Source: Lama guanicoe (lineage: Eukaryota). Taken from it: a stretch of DNA of 64,000 nucleotides. The stretch spans positions 10,075,186 to 10,139,185 of the forward strand of contig MU054323.1 in NCBI GenBank assembly GCA_013239625.1, written 5' to 3'. This document shows, in pieces, positions 55,001 to 64,000 of this stretch. Every line of letters starts with the position of its first letter. Positions within the stretch are counted from its first letter, which is position 1. The notes beneath the pieces were generated by a model. The model was given only the letters and a program-made list of their open reading frames with translations. It had not been told where the DNA came from and searched no databases. A program made the position numbers and the translations under genes.

Positions 55001-56919
55001 CCCATTTTAGAGTGTGTGCTTGCATGTGATATAAAGGCAACTTCTCTGATTTCTAAATTCCTTGGACATCATAGTCTATCTTTACTGAGACTGAAATCTT
55101 AAAGAACCAGGCCCATTCAATGAACAAATATTTATTACATTTTTCCTATGTGCCAGACAACTTTTCTAGGTACCAAGGATATTGCAGTGACAGAAACAGC
55201 CTAAAACCTTTCTGGAGCATCTGCTTTTCAAACTTTTGTCATAGAAAAAAAATCAAATTCACACAGAAGAAGGAAAATAGTAGCCCCATTATTATTCAAC
55301 TTTAATAATGATCAATATTTTGTCATTCTCTGTTCATCAATCCCTCCCAACACACACTTTTTTTAATGAAGCATTTTAAAGTGAATCTTAGATATTAAAC
55401 ATTTTATCATAAATACTTTAGTATGAATCTCTAACAGATAAGGCTGTTTAATAAAAGCAAAATAACATTATCACACCTGACAAAATCAACAAAACTTCTT
55501 AATATCATTTAGTATCCAATTTGGATTAAATTTCCTCTCATTGTCTCAAGAGTTTTTTTTTTTATTTTTTATGTTTCTTTGTTTGAATCCGGATGCAAAC
55601 AAGATCTGCATATTATAGATTGTGGAGATAGCACTTATGTCTCTTTTGATCTAGACCCGTTCCCCTTAGCTGTTTTTTTGGAATTGGGTTATCTGCCCCG
55701 CAGAAGTCCCCACATTTTGGATTTGGCCCATTGTGTCCTCCTGGCGTGTTTATGATACTCTTTGATGCCTCGCATTTTCTATAAAATGATAGTTGTATCT
55801 AGAGGCTTGATAAGAGTCAGCTTCAGTTGGGGGCAGTGGGGGAGCAGCACACGTTGGAACTCACATCCTACTGGAAGCTGGCCTGCTGCTGCTTTTGTGT
55901 GCCAGAGATGTTTCTGGAGGTGTCTTGGTGGCCAAAAATTTGGGTGGCCAGTATGAAAAACTTAGCTCTTCTACAACAGCGGCAGTTTTGATCTTAATAC
56001 CATGAAACATTCCCTTTGTTTCTTCTTCCTTTATGTTGGCCACTAATGAAGACTCCTAAAAGTGGTTGTGTCACGTGGTATGTGGGAGTGGTGCTGCCTG
56101 GAGTGCCCCACACAGGGACAAGGGGGTTTTGAAAAAGTCATTTGTTAGTGTCCTCTCGGGAAGCAATCTAACAAAAGAGAATAAATTTATAGAATGGCAT
56201 GAATCGAAGTGAGATCAGTTGAATTAGAATATTTGAGAGGGTCTTTAGGGTTTGCATATTTTGTGAAAGACATCTAGGTGATTTGAATGTGCAACCAGGG
56301 TGAGAAGCACAGATTCAGATAATGAGGCTTGTGGTCTGTTGCCTCAGGCAGTCCCACTTGGAGTCCTGAGAAAGATAAGGAGATAGATCAGCGGAAGGCA
56401 AGCCCAAGTAGCAGGAAGTTCCTGGGGTCTCTGGGTGGCTATTGATTTGTAAGGATTTCAGTGGTATTGAAGAATTTCTCATCAATAAATTATGTAATAA
56501 ACTTTTTAAAAAGAAGAATGAGGAAGGGGAATTTGGTTTAGGGAATCCAGAAATATGAAGGAAATAAAGGATGACTCTATGAGCAAATAGCAAGAGTAGA
56601 GTTGCCACTTACTGACATGGGAAGGTTATGGGGAAGGGTTCTATTTTGGACACGTTATATTTGAGATGCCTAATATATGCTCTAGATTAGATGTTGAGTA
56701 GGCAGTTGGATATATGTCTGAAGTTCAGGGCTGAAGGTAGAAATTTTTGAATCATGAAAATAGAGATGATATTTAAAGCTATGAACTTGATGAGATCACC
56801 TAGCCAATGAGAAATTGGCTTCCTGGAAGCCACATGAGGAAGACACCTACAGGACCATTGCAAGGGTTTCTCTGAGACAGAGCTGTGAAGGTGGTGGCTG
56901 AGTTATAAAGCAGGCTGAT

Positions 56920-58440
56920 AATTTTTTCACTGAATGCTACCAGATTGCTCTACAGAGTATATTTAGCAGTTTAAATTCCCACTAGCTGTGCATGAGGATT
57001 CCCACTTTCCCATATCTTTGCCAGTATTGGAGATGATCTTTCTGACTTTTGCCAGGCTGATGGGTAAAGCAATGGTGTGTTGGAGTTGGTCCATGAAGTT
57101 GACTGAGCACATTTCTTCCCAACTCCTTGTCCAGTGACCTCACACTGGTAGCTGGAAATCAGCAGGGGTGAGAGTATCTGTACCATGGAAATCAGCAAAC
57201 ACTACAAATTAGGACTCACCCCCAACCCCCAGCTGTTTTTGAAATTTGTATGTAGTGGCTGTAGGCAGTATCACCCTGTCCGTCCATCCATTGTCTCATT
57301 GCTAGTGAGTTTGAGCATCTCTTCTCTGTGTGCTTGCTGTTCTGGCTTTCCCTTCTGTGAAACTCCTATTCCTGTCTCTTTCTTATTTTTATCTTCAATT
57401 TTCTAACTTCTTTTTGTTGATTTGTAGAAGTTACTTATCTATTTTAGATATGAATCACTAGCAGCTTTTGAATATCTATCTCCCTTCAATTTGTCCACCA
57501 TCTGTTTGCTTTCTCCATGGTACTTTTCATTGAAGAGAAATCTTCATTGCAATGCAGTCAAATCTCCTAGTCTTTTGTTTTCAGGTTGTGCTTTGGCAGT
57601 CTAGTTTTATGAAGTAAATCCCTACCCTACATTCATAAAATTTTCTCTTACGTTTTCCTTTCAAATATAGGTCTTTAATCAATCTGGAGTTCACCCTGAA
57701 TATGGTAGAGATAGGGCATCCAAGTCTATTTTTTCCCTCAAAAAACTAAGCTGATTTCCCCAAAACCAGCCTCTAAATAATTTATATTTTTCTCATTGAT
57801 TTGCAGCCCCACATGAACATATATCAAGGTCCCATGGATCGACTTCTGAGCGTCCTATTCTGTGTGGTCGCTCTGTTTGTTCCTGTACCAGTAGCATGCT
57901 ATTTTTATCACTAGGTAGTGTTGGCACAGTATTTGGCAGGGCAGGTTTCCTCTCTCTGCTCTTGCTTTCCAAAATTAACATACCTATTTAAATGTTTATT
58001 TTTCCCTATGTATTTTGTAACTTTATTGAAGTTCCTTACATTTTGAGTTCCTGCTGGAATTTGGGTTGGTATAACATTGAATTTAGCAATTAAATGGACA
58101 TTTTTCCAGTGTAAGGTCATTCTATCCATAGTATATCTTCATTTATTCAATCTCCTTTTATGTCCATAAACAGAGATTTGAAATTTTCTCCATAAAGTTC
58201 TTGCAAGTTATTAGGTTAATTCTTGAATTTTATGCTTTAGAATTTCATTGATATTGTGAATGGTCCCTTACTGTCTATTGTATTTCCTGGTAGCTTACTG
58301 CTGATGTAGAGGGAACGTTTGATTTTTAGAAACTGATCCTGTATTTGGAAACTTTATACTTACATATAACTCCTAATAGTTGATTCTGTTGGGTTTTTTA
58401 TATTGATGATCATATTATCCACAAACATGACAGAAAGATT
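56920..58440 (-). mobile_element. Highly decayed L1 ORF2/3' fossil
   Basis: Minus-strand remnants such as LIAKFNVIPTQIPAG (57911-58129) and ILAKIWESGNPHAQLVGI (56971-57198), in T-rich L1-like sequence. Confidence 0.7.
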
Positions 58441-61099
58441 TCAGGGTTTCTACCTAGTACTCTGATATTCTGCATTTAACTACCTCTGCTAACTGGGCTC
58501 CAGTTTGGCACTCCAATTCTAACAGCTGGATGTCTCTTGTGGTCCTAATGCCCTGCACACTCATATTCTGGAAATGAGCCTTTGTCTTCCTCCCCTGTCA
58601 ATCCTGTCTTGCCCAATTCTCTGTCCAAGAAGAACAGTAACACTGTCTTCTTTTGGTTATTTCCTCTAACCCTTTTCTCAAGGATTAGGGCCTGTAAGCC
58701 ACTGACAGCCCTTGCTGATGCTGACTTTAGAACTGTCTATCCAAATTTCTCAATGATCCCTGCTACTCAACGCAACAGTTCTGTATCCTGAATGCCCCAA
58801 AGGACACCCTGTGTAGATAATGCAAAATAGTGGATCAACATAGGCCTTCAAAACAGACAGGCTTGTGTTTGAATTTTATTTCTGTCCCAGGGGACATTGA
58901 GCAAGGTCCCCGGCCTCCTGGAGTCTGTTTCTTCACTGGTATAGTGAAGACAAGACCACAGAGGTAGGAATCACAGAGTGGTGAGCTAGTAATGCCCCCT
59001 TCTCCACATTGATGCTGACCACTGATACTGATCCCCTCCCAGGACTGGTTTACTGCTGCATTTCCCAGGCACCATGTTATGCCTTCAGATATACCTCAGT
59101 CTCAGCAGCTGCAGCTGGACCATTTCCCCATGTGCGTGCCCACCCCAGTGAATCATTCCAGTTCCAAGTTCTGGCCCCATTTCATCGCCCAGTCCAACTC
59201 GTGTATGCACATGGGGGTGTTCCAAGAAGCATGAAAAGAGTGCTTGTATTCCTGATAATGGTCTAGGGAGTAGCTTCAGTTTTTTGAATAAAGGCAACCA
59301 GGTGAGTGGGAGACTCTCTCACGGCTTAGTTATCCTGGAAATCCGCCAATGTACTGTATGGTGTTTAGGTACAGCAGATAAAGCCAGTGGCCTGGATGGT
59401 TTTAACAGAGACTTTATTACAGTGAAGAACAACTCAGCTAGCCACACCCTGTCATCTACCAATAGTGGCATCTCAGAGGGATAATTTAAACCAGCAATAA
59501 AAGTGAACTGTGTATGTGGGAAGTTTGCCAATAGCAACTTCTGTTACGTATAGATCTTTATGAGTTTCTGTTGCTCACTAACAATAGGGCTTATTTACAG
59601 TTGCTTAAAGCCAACAAAGGGCAGATTACCTTCCTTCTTTTAACCAGTTAAAGCAGTGGGTGGGGAGGGGGTCAGACAAGAACGGGGTGTGATGAGAGCA
59701 GGGAGAAGGGAGGTGGGACTTCCACAGGGAGGAGGAAACATCTGTGTCACGTTATCATCCCCAAGAATGCATGAAGGGACAGAGAAACTGGCAGCTGACT
59801 GGGGACTGTGGGATGGTCATGGTGTTTAAATATTGCATAAGTGCTATGAGTTTCAGTTGACAGGATGCTCCACCCGATTCAACAATGTGACATGACTGTT
59901 GCAAATGAGTATTTTGATATTTTGAGCTATGCTAACAGACTCATAGGACTGAGAAAGAGGTGGCTGTCTCTCCCCTTTCTACACTCAACAGGACACCTCA
60001 CTCATTCCTGAGCATCGCATTTAAGAGAACTCTAGACAAGCTGAGATGCATCGTAGAGAGTCCCTTAAAATTCTGGTGAGTAGGATCTTAACCATGTCGT
60101 ATAAGGAGAAGCCTAAAGGATTGAGAATGCTTGTCCTGGATTCCTTGGAGTTGGACATGATCTGGAAGACCCCAGAGTAGAAACAACCCAGTAAGGAGGA
60201 GATGTAGGGGGTGGTGTTTTAGCTCTCAAGGTAGGAAGAACTTTTCAACAAGGGTGGTCAAAGACAAAATGGCTGCTTCCAAAGGAAGTAGTTCCTGGTT
60301 ACTGAAGGTGCTCAACTATGGCCACTTGGTGGGAGGATATTCTAAGGGGGACTCAAACAACCAGAGGGGGTCCTTTTCTAGAGCCTGGAATCAATGATTC
60401 TAACAGGAAAAGATGCTCTGGAGTGCCCTGAGCACTAACCTCTGCTTTTGAGGAGTCTAAAGACATTCATTCATTCGTTCATTCATTCATTCGACATTTG
60501 TTATTGCTAGGCACTGTGCTTGGTGAACATGGAAGTACAGTGGAGTAGTTGGCATATCAGAGCCAGAACAGAAAGGCCCCAGAGACAGCTGTTAGAAGGT
60601 AACACTACTGGCTCAGTGTTACAAACTTCTGTCGTGGGGAAACAATTGACTGATTAAGTCCCTTCAATAAGGGGACTCATTAAGTATCAAGTAACACCTT
60701 TCCTTCCACTGGATGGAGAACCAGGGTGTCACCACTCTCTGGTTCTAGGGGGACTGAGAAGGGGACGGGGGAGAAGGGAGCAAAGCAGCAGGGAAAATTA
60801 ACTTCTGGGACGACTACTCACCCATCCCCTCCTGCCTCTACACTGACACCCTTGGGTGTAATTATTCAAATTGGGTACAGCCTTGACTAGGCTTTTTCCA
60901 GCAAGACCGGCAGACAGGTAACTGACTAAAGGGCCTATTGTGGATCATTCAAGGGGCTAGACACCTGGGAGCCCAAAAAGCGTTAGACGCGGTGCCTGTC
61001 CCTAAAGGGTCGTAGGAAGGCTTCTAACACAGGGACGGGAGACAGGGAGGCAGGTCAGATTAGGCTAGCTACAGGCTTTAATGAGAAGTGTCTGTACAG

Positions 61100-61990
61100 C
61101 GCGACGTGGGCTGCTTCCCCAAGCATGGCCCAGGGCCAGGCAGGGTTCGGCCGCGAGCCTGTCTAAGACTGCGGTAGAAATATCACGGCGGCGCCTCCTC
61201 CCCGACACGGTTAACCCCAGAAGCCCACCTGACCTTCCTAACCCCAGGATCAACCTTCGCTCAGCGGAAGTGCTGCGGGGTCGCAGGCAAGAGGCAGGCA
61301 GCGCAGGCGCGCGCTCGCTCTCGTTCCCCACTCCCCCGCGCGTGCGCGGGGCCGGGGCCAGGGCCTGCGCGCAGCCCGGGCGCCTGCAGTGCGTGTGCCG
61401 ACCCCGCGTGGGGCCCGGCTCCGGCGCGCGCGGCGCGGAGGAGGCAGGCGGGAGGGGCCGGACAAGGTCGGGGAGCGGCGCGGCGGGAGGGCCCGCGGCC
61501 GGCTACCGGAGACAGGCGCCGGGCGGAGAAGCGCGCCTCTTGGTCTTCTCTCCGCACCCCCACGTTCCCCGCCGGCTGCCCTGAGAGGACCGGAGGAGGC
61601 AGGTGGGGCGGGGGCGCCTGTGGGAGGGGGTGCGAGTGCCTGAGGGGCGGTCGGCGGTTCGGGGAGGGCGGCGCGGGGGCGCCGGGAGCCCCGCGGTCGC
61701 TTGCCGTGAGTGCTGGTGTCGCCGGCTTCTGGAGGCCTCCGTGGGGCGGGGGCGGGGTTGGCGCGGCCCGCTGGCCGGGACGTGGGTTTCTGGTTTCCGT
61801 ACCTGACCAAAGGTTTAACTTCAGCATGAGATGCCGCCAGGTGTGTGGGACGGGACGGACCCCGCGGCGGCGCTGAGTTCTGGCCCCCGCTCCGCCGCCC
61901 CAGCCTTGACCGCCCCGGCGCTCTGGGGGAGCCCCTTGAGCGCAGTGCTGTGCTGCGTGCTGTTACCCGCCCTTCGTCGTTTTCCTGAGC
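61100..61990 (+). promoter_or_regulatory. CLIP4: CpG-island promoter and non-coding first exon, probably CLIP4
   Basis: Very GC- and CpG-rich stretch with an ETS motif CGGAAGT (61265-61271), an NRF1-like GCGCAGGCGC (61301-61310) and GC boxes (61743-61757). Candidate donors are AG|GTGGGG (61603) and GTGAGT (61706). The gene identity rests only on recalled TOGARAM2-PCARE-CLIP4 synteny; no CLIP4 coding sequence is in the window. Confidence 0.62.
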
Positions 61991-63111
61991 AGGGCCTCTA
62001 CATCTCTCATGCCTCCCCTTGCTTACTAAAATGTTTGAGAAACCTTTGCCGTTGGGAATTCAAACCTAGGCCAAATGACTCTGCTTCTGGTCTTTTGCTA
62101 CCCCGAGATTCCTTAATTTTTAATCATGGGGAGGAAAGTTGTGGGGAGCACTTGTGCTGAGGCTGCTAAACATAGATTTGGATTAGACCTCATCCTTGTG
62201 GGTTAGATTGATAGGTTTGTAATGTCAGTTTTCTTTTGAATTAGATGTCAGGCTCTTCATTAATCTAGAGATTTTATAGACACTTCAGGTTTAAACTCTG
62301 AGACAATGTTTTGATATGTATCAGAGGAGGATATTCTCATGGGATAATAACTTGCTGTATGTACCCAGCCAGCTAGAGTGGTTCACATTGTAGCAACATC
62401 GCAGTGTAAATTGGTGCCTTTTAAATATTTCAGTGAACACTCTCCTTCTTAGAAACATCCCCCCATACTTTAATTGTATTTCATTTTCACATTGACTCTT
62501 GTCATTTATGAATCTTGTATACAATCTAAAGCCAGTCATCTAAATGGCAGAAGATCACGTGCAGGACATGTAGCAATTGTGGAGGGAAAGCAGGGAATTG
62601 AAAATGGTAGAAGTCTAGCTTTCTACATTTTTATGATGCAAAAGCATCCTGGTTGCATTTTACTTTGCTAACATAAGTGTGCATTTTTAAATGCACCTGT
62701 GCTGTAACAATGACTCTTGGAATGGGATGAATATGTTTATTTTTATTTTATAGAAGATTTGGCACATGGTATCTTATTTATAGGATTTATTTCAAGTGTT
62801 TCAAATATATCAGATACAATCCCACCAGCAAGACTTTTAGGAAAATATTTAATATGGTATATTTTATGGCTTATAACAACTCAATTTTAAAATGTATACT
62901 ACTAATCGTTATAGAATCAACCTAACTCTTTATCCCTGTGTAAACCTGCAAACGCCTGGTTACTTTCACGCTTACCGTTTGTTCTCTTGTTAATGTGTAT
63001 ATTTAAGTATGCTGCTGTGGGCTTGCTTAGTTTGTTAGCCTTTGTTTCTTGCTGTTTCGGGTATTTGTGTGTTGTTATGTCACCTGGAGTTTAAGCAGCA
63101 CTGTTTTCCTT

Positions 63112-63290
63112 CAGTGATGTTCAAAGAACTTTCTGTGAAGAGGGAAGTGTTCTTTCTGCAGTGTTCATTATGGTAGCCATTAGCCACACCTGGCTTTTGA
63201 GCAGTGGTAAGGGGCTAGAGCAGTGGAGGAACTGAACTTTTAAGTAGCCACATGTGGGTGGTAGCTGCCTGGTTGGGTGCTGCAGCTGTA
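63112..63290. mobile_element. MER3-like hAT-Charlie MITE
   Basis: AGAACTTTCTGTGAAGAGGGAAGTGTTCT...ATGGTAGCCATTAGCCACACCTGGCTTTTGAGCA...TAGCCACATGTGG. Confidence 0.7.
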
Positions 63291-63710
63291 AGTTATTATC
63301 TCAGGAAGCCTCCCCTGGCCCCCTGAATCCAGCACTTACAACTATACAGTAATTGCAGCTTTCCTGTAGGAGTCCTACTCTTGGCTAACCTACTGGAGGG
63401 CAAGGGCATATCTATTTTCTTTACATTTGCTATGCCAGCCTAGCACTTAGTAAGAAACGCTTGATAAATATTTGTTGAATGACTAAGTGAACTTCTTGAG
63501 GGCAGACATCTTTTATATCCTCTCTAGGTCCTAGAGCTAATATCAAATACTGTAAATACTTGCTTTGTGATTGAACAGATTTCATGATGGTAACACATAA
63601 ATGGGTTATTGGAGGTATGTTTAAAATGCTTAGTTTCGTTGGATTACATTTTTTGGTATCTCATGGAAATAAACACTCAGGATAGAATATTACGTGAAAT
63701 TAAATGAAAG

Positions 63711-64000
63711 TGTTAGGTAGTTTAGATAGACATGAGCACTGGGCAGGGGGAGAGGAAGGGGAAAGGAACAATCCAGAACTCAAGGAACCTGTACTGTCAG
63801 TTAACCAGAGCACAAGGAACCTGAGCTGTCAGTCAACCAGAGCTCAGGGAACCTGAGTTGTCAGTCAGTCAGTCAATCAATCAGTCAATTATGAAACCAG
63901 GATATAAAAATAGGAAAAACAAGGGAATGGTGCCATTTTTCCTCTTTTGAATTGGCCCGCTCCAAATTCTCGGGAGTGTACTATCTTTCACTATGTTTTT
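63711..64000 (+). mobile_element. ERV1-like LTR (runs off the window end)
   Basis: Abrupt start TGTTAGGTAGTTTAGATAGACATGAGC, U3-like tandem repeats, a TATA-like GATATAAAAAT at about 63901-63911, and R-like TTTGAATTGGCCCGCTCC...GGAGTGTACT. Confidence 0.55.
63773..63868. repeat. 3 x 32-bp imperfect tandem repeat followed by (TCAR)n
   Basis: Units CCAGAACTCAAGGAACCTGTACTGTCAGTTAA / CCAGAGCACAAGGAACCTGAGCTGTCAGTCAA / CCAGAGCTCAGGGAACCTGAGTTGTCAGTCAG. Confidence 0.93.

Noticed and set aside
61081..61827. 167-188-aa Arg/Gly/Ala/Pro-rich ORFs on both strands
   Set aside because: Stop-codon scarcity in a CpG island explains them; composition is low-complexity.
63773..63868. 32-bp repeats as a CRISPR array
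   Set aside because: The units abut directly with no unique spacers, there are no cas genes, and the context is eukaryotic.

Overview
Mammalian genomic DNA, probably a camelid, judged from a tRNA-Ala-derived vic-1-like SINE and a young L1 3' end. It is not prokaryotic: no rRNA, true tRNA, CRISPR array or operon was seen. The window matches the TOGARAM2-PCARE-CLIP4 neighbourhood. (1) The last ten coding exons of TOGARAM2/FAM179A lie on + (1-22098). All splice phases join into one open frame of 1638 nt (545 aa plus stop). (2) The complete two-exon PCARE/C2orf71 photoreceptor cilium gene lies on - (40696-36945 and 32556-32376; 1310 aa) and has a CRX/NRL-type promoter. (3) A CpG-island promoter at about 61.1-62.0 kb is inferred from synteny to be the CLIP4 5' end. 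The rest is intron and intergenic DNA rich in L1, L2, MIR, hAT/Tc2 fossils and ERV LTRs. The most notable observations are an apparently circularly permuted L1 fossil flanked by TTAC (48280-50253), an in-frame TGA in the last TOGARAM2 exon with an intact 26-codon tail behind it, a three-layer nested insertion (MER5-type > L1 > solo LTR), a triple-CAG splice acceptor in PCARE, and a sense-oriented LTR with 3x32-bp repeats downstream of the CpG island. I found no convincing novel protein-coding system. Gene and repeat-family names come from recall of homologues, not from database searches.
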